Source: Gemmatimonadota bacterium (lineage in GTDB: Bacteria; Gemmatimonadota; Gemmatimonadetes; Palauibacterales; KS3-K002). Taken from it: a stretch of 26,212 bases of DNA. This document shows positions 1 to 9,002 of the stretch, one piece after another. Location of the stretch: contig JBDHJS010000062.1 in assembly GCA_039586795.1 (NCBI GenBank), positions 1-26,212 of the forward strand, in the 5' to 3' direction. Made by a program: the position numbers and the translations under genes. Position 1 is the first letter of the stretch, and each line of letters opens with the position of its first letter. The notes below the pieces were generated by a model. It did not search any database and was not told where the DNA came from. It saw nothing but the letters and a program-made list of their open reading frames with translations.

Positions 1-1074
1 TACGCGGGCAACGTCCGGGAATGGTGCTGGAACGCAACGGATGGCTGCGGTGACCACAGGTACAGTGTCGGAGGTGCGTGGAGTGATTCAACATTTGCGT
101 TTATGATACCGCGCATATTGTCACCTTGGGACCGATCGCCGGAGAATGGGATTCGAACTGTCCACTATCCTTTCGGCGCGGCCACCGTTCCGGATGAGGT
201 TCTCAAGCCCATCGCACCGGGCCGCGCGCCCGAGCCTTCCATCGCGCCGATCTCCGATGATGCTTTTCAAGAACTGGCTGCCCGGGTCTTCTCGTACGAT
301 CGACTAGAACTGAACGCTGTCATCGACTCGGTCGATGATAGTTCGCCACTTTGGCGAAGGGAGTTGATCTCGTTCGACGCCGCGCGTGGAGAGAAGCGGA
401 TGAAGGCGATTCTGTTCCTCCCCAAAGGTGCAGAGCCGCCCTATCAGACCATTGTCTACGGGCCCAGCGGGCTCGCTGCGAGCTCCTCTGTACGGTCGTG
501 GGACGTCGGCCGGGCTCAGGGGATGCACGACTACTTCTGGGAATTCCTCGCTCTCAGCGGCCGGGCGATCATGTACCCCATATACTGGGGGACATTTGAA
601 CGGCGGCCGGTTGGCGGGTTCCCAGCTGACGCCGAGCCTGCTGCGCTCAGGGATCGATACGTTGAACGGGTTCTCGACTTCAAGCGGTCTGTCGATTACC
701 TGGCAAGTCGCTCAGACATCGACATGGAGCGGCTCGGTTACTACGGAGTGAGTTGGGGGGCAAACTACGGACTGTCGTTCCTCGCTGCAGATGATCGGAT
801 CAAGGCAGGTGTGACACTCCTTCGCGGCTACCCTTATCGGCCGCGGTATCCGTATCCGGAGGTCGATCAGAGAAACTTCGCTCCGCGAGTCTACGCCCCG
901 GTTCTCTTCATCGATGGCGAAAGCGATCTGTTCTACGAGGAGCTTGCAGGTCTGACGCCGCTGGTCGATCTGCTCGGCACGTCGAGCGAACATAAGCGTC
1001 GCCTGCTGCTTCCGGGAGGTCACGGAATCTACGGTCTGTTTGGGCACAAGGCGCGTATCCACATAACGGAGTGG
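1..1074 (+). CDS. 5'-partial FGE-sulfatase (SUMF1)-like domain fused to an alpha/beta (dienelactone hydrolase-like) hydrolase; appears to lack its native stop
   Basis: Frame 1 from base 1 reads YAGNVREWCWN...GGAW...DRSPENGIR (FGE-family motifs). It continues with GYYGVSWG (GxSxG elbow), IDGESD (acid) and PGGHG (His). After HITEW the translation becomes Cys/Pro/Arg-rich and does not look coding. Confidence 0.75.
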
Positions 1075-1278
1075 CCGCGGAGGCCGCGTGAGGCGTACGG
1101 CGGGTCCGATCCCCCCTCGTGCTCGCCTGCAGGGGGACCGCTGTTGGGTCGAGACTGCGGTTGTCCCGCACGCTCGCGTTGCAGCGCTCTCTCCCCGCGT
1201 GTAGATTTCTTATTGTCATCATTGAAGTTACGCGACATAGTGTGTCTTTCTGCTCTCCCAGGTTCGATCATGGATCCC

Positions 1279-2604
1279 ATGAGAAACATTTGGCGAATGC
1301 TCCTCGCGGCGATGCTCCTCGTCGCGCTGCCCGTTTCGGTTCACGCCCAGGAGGTGGTGCGGATCCCCATTGAGGGAACCATCGACCGCGGCCTGGGGCC
1401 GTTCGTCAAGCGGGCGCTGCAGGAGGCGACGGAAAGCGGTGCGAGGTTCGCGGTGCTCGACATCAACACGCCGGGCGGTCGGGTGGACGCGGCGTGGCAG
1501 ATCGTCGATGCGGTTCAGGACGCCGGCTTGCCGGTCTACGCATTTGTCGACCGGGCACTATCGGCGGGCGCGATGATCGCGTTGTCCACGGACGCCATCT
1601 ACATGCGACCGGGCGCGACGATGGGAGCGGCAACTCCCATTCTGGGGAGCGGCGAGAAGGCGTCGGAGAAGATGGTAAGCGCGATGCGCTCCGAGTTCCG
1701 CGCCCTCGCCGAGGCGCGCGGGCTGGACCCGCGCATCGCCGAGGCGATGGTCGACGAGACGATCGAGGTTCCGGGGATCGTCGCAGCGGGCGAGCTGCTG
1801 ACGCTGACCGCGGACGAGGCGGTAGAGGTTGGCTACGCCAGCGCCATCTACGAAGATCTCGATGCCGTGCTGGCGGCACAGGAGGCGTCGGGAGCGACTG
1901 TGGTGTCGACGACGGTTAACTGGGCGGAGATGATCGTTCGCTTCTTGACCAACCCGGTCGTGGCTCCGCTGCTTCTGTCCCTCGGCTTCCTGGGCCTGCT
2001 GTTCGAGGTGAAGACGCCGGGCTTCGGGTTTGGCGGGGCGGCGGGCTTGATCGGGCTGGGACTCTTCTTCGGCGCCCACCTGATCGTCGGGTTGGCGGGC
2101 TGGGAAGAGCTGATCCTGATCGGTGTGGGTCTTGTTTTGATCGGGCTGGAGGTGTTCGTCATCCCGGGCTTCGGCTTGGCGGGCGCGCTGGGCATCGTGG
2201 GCGTCGGGTCTGGCCTCATCCTATCGATGCTCGGTAGATTTCCGACTCTCATGGATATGGGCACAGCGTTTACGGTCGTCGTGGTGGCGATGGTGCTGAC
2301 CGGCGCCTTCGCCTATGCGTTTCTGCGGCACTTGAAGTGGACGCGGAAGTTCGGCGGCATCTTCCTCCGGTCGGCGACGACCAAGGAAGCGGGCTACATC
2401 TCGGGTGATGTGCGAGCCGATCTGGTCGGGCAAATCGGGCTGGCGGCCACGTCGTTGCGGCCTGCGGGTGTGGGCGTATTCGGGAACGATCGCATGGACG
2501 TCGTGAGCGAAGGCCCGTGGGTCGAAGAGGGAAGCAAGATTGAGGTGATCCAGTCGGAGGGTTACCGGCACGTGGTTCGTGAAGTGGAAGACGATGGCGA
2601 GTGA
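1279..2604 (+). CDS. nfeD: NfeD family membrane-bound serine protease (long form, YqeZ-like)
   Basis: Signal peptide MRNIWRMLLAAMLLVALPVSVHAQ; ClpP-like domain (INTPGGRVD, ALSAGA, SEK); multi-TM region; C-terminal OB-fold (LRPAG...DVVSEG); directly upstream of floA. Start could be 1270. Confidence 0.9.
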   Translation: MRNIWRMLLAAMLLVALPVSVHAQEVVRIPIEGTIDRGLGPFVKRALQEATESGARFAVLDINTPGGRVDAAWQIVDAVQDAGLPVYAFVDRALSAGAMIALSTDAIYMRPGATMGAATPILGSGEKASEKMVSAMRSEFRALAEARGLDPRIAEAMVDETIEVPGIVAAGELLTLTADEAVEVGYASAIYEDLDAVLAAQEASGATVVSTTVNWAEMIVRFLTNPVVAPLLLSLGFLGLLFEVKTPGFGFGGAAGLIGLGLFFGAHLIVGLAGWEELILIGVGLVLIGLEVFVIPGFGLAGALGIVGVGSGLILSMLGRFPTLMDMGTAFTVVVVAMVLTGAFAYAFLRHLKWTRKFGGIFLRSATTKEAGYISGDVRADLVGQIGLAATSLRPAGVGVFGNDRMDVVSEGPWVEEGSKIEVIQSEGYRHVVREVEDDGE

Positions 2605-2641
2605 TTAAGGCATGACATCTCGATAACGGAGAATACGAAAG

Positions 2642-3646
2642 ATGGAAGAGTGGTTCGTAGGCACGACGTTTTTCCTGGTGATCGCCGGCTTCGCGCTGAT
2701 TCTTTTCATCCTGTGGATGGTCCCGGTGCGACTGTGGATCACGGCGCTGGCATCGAGCGCCTACGTGCCGCTGACCACGCTGATTGGGATGCGACTGCGG
2801 CGCGTGAGTCCAGCTACGATCATCTGGCCGTTGATCGCGGCGACCAAGGCCGGTCTGCACCTGAACATCGGTGGGCTGGAGGCGCACTATCTGGCCGGCG
2901 GTAACGTGAGAAACGTGGTCAACGCGTTGATCAGCGCCGACAAGGCGAACATCGATCTCGACTTCCAGCGCGCCGCGGCGATCGACCTGGCCGGTCGCGA
3001 TGTGCTCGAAGCGGTGCACGTGTCGGTCAACCCGAAGGTGATTCAAACGCCCAGGGTCGCGGCGATGGCGAAGGACGGTATCCAGCTCATCGCGATAGCC
3101 CGCGTAACGGTTCGCGCCAACATCCACCGACTGGTAGGTGGTGCGGGTGAGGAGACGATACTGGCGCGAGTCGGCGAGGGAATCGTCTCGACCATCGGCT
3201 CGGCCGATACGCACAAGGCGGTGCTCGAGAACCCGGATTCGATCTCCAAGACGGTGCTGGAGAAGGGGCTCGACTCGGGAACCGCGTTCGAGATCCTCTC
3301 CATCGACATCGCGGACGTGGACGTCGGCAAGAACATCGGCGCCGAGCTGCAGGCCGACCAGGCGGAGGCCGACAAGCGGGTCCATCAGGCGAAGGCCGAG
3401 CAGCGGCGCGCCATGGCCGTGGCGGCGGAGCAGGAGAAGAAGGCGCTGGTCGAGGAGATGCGCGCCCGCGTGGTCGAGGCGGAAGCCCAGGTACCGCTGG
3501 CGATGGCGGAAGCGTTCAAGTCCGGGAACCTGGGGATCATGGACTACGCCCGCTTCAAAAACATCTCGAGCGATACCGCGATGCGCGATTCCATCGCCGA
3601 GGGCGGCCGCGAGCTTCCACCGGGCGGCGGCAAGGGCACCGGCTAA
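2642..3646 (+). CDS. floA: Flotillin-like protein FloA (YqfA family)
   Basis: Motifs [67 protein letters not shown] upstream. Confidence 0.95.
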   Translation: MEEWFVGTTFFLVIAGFALILFILWMVPVRLWITALASSAYVPLTTLIGMRLRRVSPATIIWPLIAATKAGLHLNIGGLEAHYLAGGNVRNVVNALISADKANIDLDFQRAAAIDLAGRDVLEAVHVSVNPKVIQTPRVAAMAKDGIQLIAIARVTVRANIHRLVGGAGEETILARVGEGIVSTIGSADTHKAVLENPDSISKTVLEKGLDSGTAFEILSIDIADVDVGKNIGAELQADQAEADKRVHQAKAEQRRAMAVAAEQEKKALVEEMRARVVEAEAQVPLAMAEAFKSGNLGIMDYARFKNISSDTAMRDSIAEGGRELPPGGGKGTG

Positions 3647-3673
3647 CAGTGACCGCCGGTCGGAGTAAGCACC

Positions 3674-4480
3674 GTGGATGAGTTCATCGGCTTCATCATC
3701 CTGATGATCCTGCTGACGGTCTTCGAGCGCATCATGAGGGCCGCCCAGAAGAAGAAGACGCCTGCCTCGGAATCGCCCGAGGAAGAGGGCGCGGAAGTCT
3801 CGATGCAGACGGTGGGCAAGGACATCCAGGACCTGATCGCGGAGGAATTGGGGATCAACCTGGAGCGGCGACCCAGCGTAGAGAAGCTGCCGGGGCCCGA
3901 GACGCGAGACGAACGAGACGAGCTCGCGCGCCGGCACCCGACCAGAGAGGATCAGCCCACCCGGGAAGGGTTTGGAACTGAGACGCCGGCGCCCACGGCG
4001 CAGCGGGCTTCGGCCCAACAGCCTAGGGCCCTGCAGTCTACGACCCAGCAGCCTATTGCCCTGCCGCCCGAGGTGAAACCGCCCGAGCGGGGTCTGCAGC
4101 GCGAGGAGCTGGGCGCCGCGTCGCGCGCCGCGGCCACAGAGCGCGAGCGCGATCAGAAGGCGGAGGATCGCAAGTCGAATACCCGGGAGCGGGGTTACGC
4201 GCTCCAGCGCCGAAGTCTGCGAGAAGTATCAGAGCCCAAATCGCTCGAGGTGCCGCGTCGGCCGGAGGATCACGACCGCTTCCACGAGCGCTACGGCGTT
4301 CCGCAGCCGGTGCGCAGCCACAAGGAATTCCACGACCGCTACGTGGATGCCGAAGGTCGTCCGGCCGTGCGTCGACGGTCCCCAACCGTGCTTCCCGATC
4401 GGCTCGATTGGAGCGCCGCACAGAAAGCGATCATCTGGGCCGAGATACTCGGGCCACCGAAGGGCCTGAGCGAAGAGTGA
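3674..4480 (+). CDS. YqfB-like hypothetical protein with an N-terminal TM anchor and a disordered middle region
   Basis: Third gene after nfeD-floA; C-terminal AIIWAEILGPPKG motif typical of genes in this position; GGAG RBS before the GTG start. Confidence 0.7.
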   Translation: MDEFIGFIILMILLTVFERIMRAAQKKKTPASESPEEEGAEVSMQTVGKDIQDLIAEELGINLERRPSVEKLPGPETRDERDELARRHPTREDQPTREGFGTETPAPTAQRASAQQPRALQSTTQQPIALPPEVKPPERGLQREELGAASRAAATERERDQKAEDRKSNTRERGYALQRRSLREVSEPKSLEVPRRPEDHDRFHERYGVPQPVRSHKEFHDRYVDAEGRPAVRRRSPTVLPDRLDWSAAQKAIIWAEILGPPKGLSEE

Positions 4481-4508
4481 GCGTAACCGCGGGAGCCCGA
4501 GCGCGCTC

Positions 4509-5126
4509 TTGAGCGGGGCCGTGCGCTGGACGATGGAGGAGGCGCGGGCCGCGCTCCGCCGGGACAAGGAGTTCCGTCCGCTCCTCAAGGCCGTCAAGCC
4601 GTTCGAGATCAAATCCCACCGTCCCTATTTCTGGGTGCTCTGCTGCTCCATCCTGTCGCAGCAAGTCTCGGGCGCTTCGGCCCGGGCCGTGATCAACAAG
4701 GTGCGCGCGCTGCATCCCGACCTTCGCTTTCCGACGCCGGAAGCGATTCTTGCCACTTCGGAGAAGAAGCTGCTGGGCGCCGGCGTGTCCCGACAGAAGC
4801 GGCGCTACCTCTACGCGCTGTCGGAGGCGTTCACCGACGGAGGGCTGGGCCAGGTCCGCTGGGCGCGGCTCAGCGATGAGGAGATCATCGGGCGCCTTAC
4901 GGCTATCGTCGGCATCGGGCGCTGGACGGCGGAGATGTTCCTGATGTTTTCGGCGCGACGGCGCGACGTCTTCCCGGTGGACGATCTTGGAATCCGAAAA
5001 GGGATGGAACGGTTCTTCAGAAAGAGCGATGCGGGCACGATGGTGGAGCGGGCGGAAGTCTGGCGTCCCTATCGGACGGTCGCGTCGGTCTATATCTGGC
5101 GGTACCTAACCGCCGGCGGGATCTAG
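4509..5126 (+). CDS. DNA-3-methyladenine glycosylase II family (AlkA-like, HhH-GPD)
   Basis: ILSQQVS, GIGRWTAEMFLMF, VFPVDDLGIR, WRPYRTVA motifs; start uncertain (4509 TTG or 4533 ATG). Confidence 0.88.
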   Translation: MSGAVRWTMEEARAALRRDKEFRPLLKAVKPFEIKSHRPYFWVLCCSILSQQVSGASARAVINKVRALHPDLRFPTPEAILATSEKKLLGAGVSRQKRRYLYALSEAFTDGGLGQVRWARLSDEEIIGRLTAIVGIGRWTAEMFLMFSARRRDVFPVDDLGIRKGMERFFRKSDAGTMVERAEVWRPYRTVASVYIWRYLTAGGI

Positions 5127-5130
5127 TTCA

Positions 5131-5442
5131 CTAAGCCACTCCGTAGCTCATCGCCGCCTCGACGACGGTCTCCACGGCATCCTCGTCGAGGGTGGGATAC
5201 TCGCGGCTGATCATTCCCCAGATCATGGCCCGGTCGGAGCCGGAGGCGACCAACTGCAGGGCGCGGATCCGCGCCTTCTCGGAGATACGCTGCACGACCG
5301 TGGAGAAGCAGGGTCCGCCGGCGTGGGTCGAACACTCGTCGTGCCCGTTGAGGCAGGGCTTCAGCTTGTCGATTGCCGCCATGACCTGGCGGCGGGTCAA
5401 CCAGTTACGCCACTCTTCCGCGGTTTGCGGGTTCCGATGCAT
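5131..5442 (-). CDS. Hypothetical 103-aa protein with a Cys/His cluster
   Basis: MHRNPQTAEEWRNWL...CLNGHDECSTHAGGPC...; fills the gap between the glycosylase and amidohydrolase genes; TTGACA at 5538-5533 upstream on the same strand. Confidence 0.6.
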   Translation of the reverse strand: MHRNPQTAEEWRNWLTRRQVMAAIDKLKPCLNGHDECSTHAGGPCFSTVVQRISEKARIRALQLVASGSDRAMIWGMISREYPTLDEDAVETVVEAAMSYGVA

Positions 5443-5623
5443 AGACGTATCGCGCAGTCCGGTACGGGTACGGGCCGATTGCGAGTCCAACTTTTTCACA
5501 GAAGGGTTACTAGTGGGGCATCCCGGTTGTCGTGTCAAGGCGTTTGCGCGACGCGCCTCGAGCACCGATCTTCTACGCTTGATCGTCGACAACCTGCGGC
5601 ACGCTTCGAACGGAGGACGACCG

Positions 5624-7258
5624 ATGCGCTGGGTACGGATGACCGTCGCTTGTCTCGCGACTCTGGGGCTGCTGTTTGCGCACCCCAACCTGGTACGATC
5701 CCAGAGTGAAGGTCAGCGCCGCACGGTGGAGCCGGCGCCCGATCGAGGGGCGAACGAGGGCGCGGGGCCGTTCGAGCGGCTGATCATCCGCGGGGCGACG
5801 ATGATCGATGGGACTGGCGCGCCAGGGCAGGGGCCGGTGGACATCGTCATTGAAGGCAATCGCATCGTCCAGGTCCGCAACGTCGGCGCGCCGGGTGTGC
5901 CGATCGACGAGGAGCAGCGCCCGCAAAACGCGACGTACGAAGTCGACGCCCACGGGATGTACGTGCTGCCCGGGTTAGTCGACACGCACGCGCACACCGG
6001 CGGCCGCTCACAGGGCACGCCGGCCGAGTACGTCTACAAGCTGTGGCTGGGTCACGGCGTGACGACGATCCGCGATCCGGGTTCGGGGAACGGGATGGAT
6101 TGGACGCTACAGTCCCGAGAGCGCAGCGCGAGCAACGAGATCGTCGCGCCGCGGATCTTCGTTTACGTGCGTCCCGGCGCCGGTTGGGATCGGGGCCCGA
6201 TCGACACGCCCCAGGCGGCACGGGAGTGGGTGCGTTGGGCAGCGGATCAAGGGGTCGATGGCCTGAAGCTGGGCTCCTACGACCCGGAGATCATGGCGGC
6301 GCTCATCGACGAGTCGCAGAGGAGCGGCTTGGGGACGCAGGCGCATCTGGGTCAGATGGGCGTCTCGCGAATGGACGCATTGGATGCGGCGCGACTGGGC
6401 CTAGGTTCGTTGGAGCACTGGTATGGACTGCCGGAGTCGCTGTTCACCGATCGTACCGTCCAGGACTTCCCGTACGACTACAACTACAACGACGAGTACC
6501 ACCGCTTCGGTCAGGCGGGCCGGCTGTGGAAGCAGGCGGCGAAACGGGGCAGCGAGAAGTGGAACCAGGCGATCGAGGAGTACTTGGAGCTGGACTTCGT
6601 ATTCTCGCCGACGATGACGATTTACGAGGCGAGCCGTGACGTGATGCGAGCCCGGGAAGCGGAGTGGCACGACACGTACACGCTGCCGTCGCTCTGGCAG
6701 TTCTACCAGCCCAGCCGGCAGAGTCATGGCTCCTACTGGTTCAACTGGACCACCCAGGACGAGATCGAGTGGAAGCGCAATTTCCAGATCTGGATGAGCT
6801 TCCTCAACGACTACAAGAACGCCGGCGGTCGGGTCGTCACCGGTTCTGACTCCGGGTTCATCTACAAGCTTTACGGGTTCGGCTATATCCGGGAGCTGGA
6901 GCTGCTCCAGGAAGCCGGATTCCACCCACTCGAGGTGCTCCGTTCAGCCACGCTGTACGGAGCGGAGACGCTGCACGAGCCGAAAGGTATGCCGATCGAG
7001 TTCGGGATCATTCGCCCGGGCATGCTGGCCGACCTTGCCATCGTCGAGGAGAACCCGATCGCCGATCTGAAGGTCCTGTACGGGACCGGGACCATCCGGT
7101 TGAACGATGAGACGGGCGAGGTGGAGCGAGTGGGCGGCGTGAAGTGGGTCATCAAAGATGGGATCGTCTACGACGCGAAGCAGCTGCTGGCGGATGTGGC
7201 GCGAATGGTGGAGGAAGCGAAGGCCGAGGCCCAGGTCACGGCGACAGGCGAGAGCTGA
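5624..7258 (+). CDS. Secreted metal-dependent amidohydrolase family protein
   Basis: GGAGGA RBS at 5612 and ATG at 5624; signal peptide; VLPGLVDTHAH, GVTTIRDPG, GLKL, TQAH, SLEHWYG, GSDSG, GMLADLAIV motifs. Confidence 0.9.
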   Translation: MRWVRMTVACLATLGLLFAHPNLVRSQSEGQRRTVEPAPDRGANEGAGPFERLIIRGATMIDGTGAPGQGPVDIVIEGNRIVQVRNVGAPGVPIDEEQRPQNATYEVDAHGMYVLPGLVDTHAHTGGRSQGTPAEYVYKLWLGHGVTTIRDPGSGNGMDWTLQSRERSASNEIVAPRIFVYVRPGAGWDRGPIDTPQAAREWVRWAADQGVDGLKLGSYDPEIMAALIDESQRSGLGTQAHLGQMGVSRMDALDAARLGLGSLEHWYGLPESLFTDRTVQDFPYDYNYNDEYHRFGQAGRLWKQAAKRGSEKWNQAIEEYLELDFVFSPTMTIYEASRDVMRAREAEWHDTYTLPSLWQFYQPSRQSHGSYWFNWTTQDEIEWKRNFQIWMSFLNDYKNAGGRVVTGSDSGFIYKLYGFGYIRELELLQEAGFHPLEVLRSATLYGAETLHEPKGMPIEFGIIRPGMLADLAIVEENPIADLKVLYGTGTIRLNDETGEVERVGGVKWVIKDGIVYDAKQLLADVARMVEEAKAEAQVTATGES

Positions 7259-7262
7259 GGAT

Positions 7263-7392
7263 AAAAAAAACTGTGTGGCGGCTGACCCGGCACCGGGAGT
7301 AGGCAGCCGAGCCGGATGGAGGGACAGTTCCTACCTGCTGCCCAAAGCAGGCGCCGCCACACAACTATTTGTCTTTCCTACCCTGCAGTCTC
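7263..7392 (-). ncRNA. Candidate structured small RNA (~130 nt) ending in a U8 tract
   Basis: Perfect 11-bp closing stem 7272-7282/7353-7363, extended by G-U pairs only on the minus strand; internal hairpins; U8 tail at 7270-7263; ECF-like promoter just upstream. Confidence 0.5.
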
Positions 7393-7396
7393 CTTC

Positions 7397-7426
7397 TTAG
7401 ACGCCTCGAGTGCCCGGATGGTTTGC
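7397..7426 (-). promoter_or_regulatory. ECF sigma-type promoter GCAAAC-N17-CGTCTAA
   Basis: Matches the widespread ECF pattern (-35 AAC, -10 CGT) with 17-nt spacing and points into the structured element. Confidence 0.55.
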
Positions 7427-7604
7427 CCGTTACGGGCCGCTACGGAGCATCTATCTTGGAGTCTCTCTCGCTTTGAATCGGATAGGGTTTCTACATAGTC
7501 AACGCGGGGTCTGGCGCTGGTGTTCCCCCGCGGGGCCGGGTGGGTTCCGTGCCCTCTTTAGTTAATACGCACTATGGGGTTGGGGTGTTTCGTACTCCGC
7601 GAGG

Positions 7605-8027
7605 CTATAGCTGATGGAGGGCTTCCGTCACGTAGTCCGGAATCGGCACAGCTTTCCGGCCCACATAATCAAAGGAAACGATGATCCCCGATCCCTCGGC
7701 GGCAACCGCATCCCCGTCCTCCGAGATCATCAGATATTCCATCGTAAACCGGTCTTCCAGAATGTCCGTCCCCCGCGCTGCTACGATCGCGGTGTCGGGG
7801 TAGAACAACGGCCGCCGAAACCGGCAGCTGGTCGAATGCAAAATCGCGCCAACCTTCTCCCGGTCGTACGCCTCCAGAAACCGGCAACGATCCAGAAACA
7901 CGATCCGCGCCGACTCGAAGTAACGGAAGAACACCGTGTTGTTGACGTGCCCGTACGCATCCATCTCGCCCCATTGGACGGGGATGCGGATCACGACGGG
8001 GTAACCGGCCAGAAGCTCTTCGCTCAA
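7605..8027 (-). CDS. Acyl-CoA thioesterase (4HBT/YbgC-like hot-dog fold)
   Basis: VQWGEMDAYGHVNNTVFFRYFESAR motif; GGAGG RBS before the TTG start. Confidence 0.92.
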   Translation of the reverse strand: MSEELLAGYPVVIRIPVQWGEMDAYGHVNNTVFFRYFESARIVFLDRCRFLEAYDREKVGAILHSTSCRFRRPLFYPDTAIVAARGTDILEDRFTMEYLMISEDGDAVAAEGSGIIVSFDYVGRKAVPIPDYVTEALHQL

Positions 8028-8143
8028 GGATGTGGCTCCTCCCTGACCCGGTTGGCTCCGGGCCAGGCGGCTTCAAGTCTTGGGTGTCTGAAATCGGGAC
8101 AAGCGGGCGGCAGAGATGGTCTCAGCGGCGTCCGGCAACGCGA

Positions 8144-8239
8144 CTATTTGCGCTTGCGGCGCTTGTGCAATTCCTTGCGCTTCTTACGCCCAATCTTCCT
8201 GCGGCCTGACTTCTTCAGCTTTGGTCTTTTCCGACCCAT
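8144..8239 (-). CDS. 31-aa Lys/Arg-rich small protein (possible small ribosomal or RNA-binding protein)
   Basis: MGRKRPKLKKSGRRKIGRKKRKELHKRRKRK; GGAAGG RBS; own sigma70-like promoter. Confidence 0.7.
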   Translation of the reverse strand: MGRKRPKLKKSGRRKIGRKKRKELHKRRKRK

Positions 8240-8298
8240 GTGCCTTCCAGTAAAGGTAAACAGCCCGTCGGAGAACGCGGTTCTCCAGTGCGGCTGCG

Positions 8299-8326
8299 AA
8301 TATAACCCGCAGCCCACACAGGGCAA
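8299..8326 (-). promoter_or_regulatory. Sigma70-like promoter TTGCCC-N16-TATATT for the small basic protein gene
   Basis: Read directly on the minus strand, about 60 nt upstream of the ATG at 8239. Confidence 0.5.
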
Positions 8327-8335
8327 TGTCTGTGG

Positions 8336-8541
8336 AGAATTCGGGAGTCGGGGTTCTGATTCCGGGAGGTTGAGCTGAGTTGTCGAAGAGGATTCAACGA
8401 TTGCGGATTCTGGAGTCGCGGAAGCGGAGGATTGTGTGGGGATAGCTAGCGTCGTACCTCCAGCTTAGATCCAAAATCCCCGACTGAGAGAATCGTTGAA
8501 CGAGCTTCGATAATTCAGTTCGATATTCCGAATGACGATTC
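8336..8541 (+). repeat. Long imperfect inverted repeat (~200 nt hairpin)
   Basis: 8372-8402 pairs with 8491-8521: 24 Watson-Crick pairs, 3 G-T pairs and a 4x4 internal loop; pairing continues imperfectly outward. Confidence 0.65.
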
Positions 8542-8543
8542 TA

Positions 8544-8951
8544 TTAATCCTCCTCCCCCTCATCGTGAACGGGCTCGTCTGTGCCCCACGCCTGGCGGAT
8601 CCGGAGCAGCAGCGCGCCTTCGCTGGGCTCGAACAGGCCGTCGGCGGCCGCGATGGCGAGGAGATCGTCGAGGGCGGCGGTGCGGGCCTCGACGTCCAGG
8701 TTATCGGCCACGACGCCGATCGAGCGGTAAAGGTGGCCGAGTTCTTGCTTCTCCTTGTCGTCGCCCAGCGCCGTGACGGTGGCCATCACGGTCTGCATGA
8801 GATTCTCCGGGTCTTCCTCGGGGATCCACTCGTGGAGCTTCTTGCAGAAGACCTCGAGCTCGTCGTTGGTGATCGAGCCATCGATGGATGCGATGGCGGC
8901 GTAGACGTAGGCGAGATGGTGAAGAACGGTCCAGTCGTCGCGGTTCGGCAT
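8544..8951 (-). CDS. TerB-like (tellurite resistance family) protein
   Basis: AAIASIDGSITNDELE and LLAIAAADGLFEPSEGALLLRIRQAWG TerB-like motifs; GGAG upstream of the ATG. Confidence 0.8.
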   Translation of the reverse strand: MPNRDDWTVLHHLAYVYAAIASIDGSITNDELEVFCKKLHEWIPEEDPENLMQTVMATVTALGDDKEKQELGHLYRSIGVVADNLDVEARTAALDDLLAIAAADGLFEPSEGALLLRIRQAWGTDEPVHDEGEED

Positions 8952-9002
8952 CTTGGCTTTGTGCTCCGTATTCTCTCGATCGAAAAAGCGAAGGGGCGGC
9001 CG

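Noticed and set aside
103..2604. Single 833-aa hydrolase-NfeD fusion protein
   Set aside because: The linker looks non-coding and NfeD has its own signal peptide, so it is treated as two genes.
2270..4018. Long antisense ORFs (also 19765-21294, 24689-25816 and the alternative-frame 24673-25899)
   Set aside because: These are shadow ORFs of well-supported genes in high-GC DNA, with no recognisable motifs.
5192..5623. N-terminal extension of the amidohydrolase ORF
   Set aside because: It is antisense to the 5131-5442 gene; the RBS and signal peptide support the start at 5624.
7270..7366. SRP RNA or tRNA
   Set aside because: No SRP helix-8 motif (GGAAGGAAGCAGC-like) and no T-loop.
7380..7435. 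c-di-GMP-I riboswitch (GGCAAACC...GTCTAAG on the minus strand)
   Set aside because: The GNRA hairpin and GACGCAAAGC junction are missing and there is no downstream CDS; an ECF promoter explains the sequence better.
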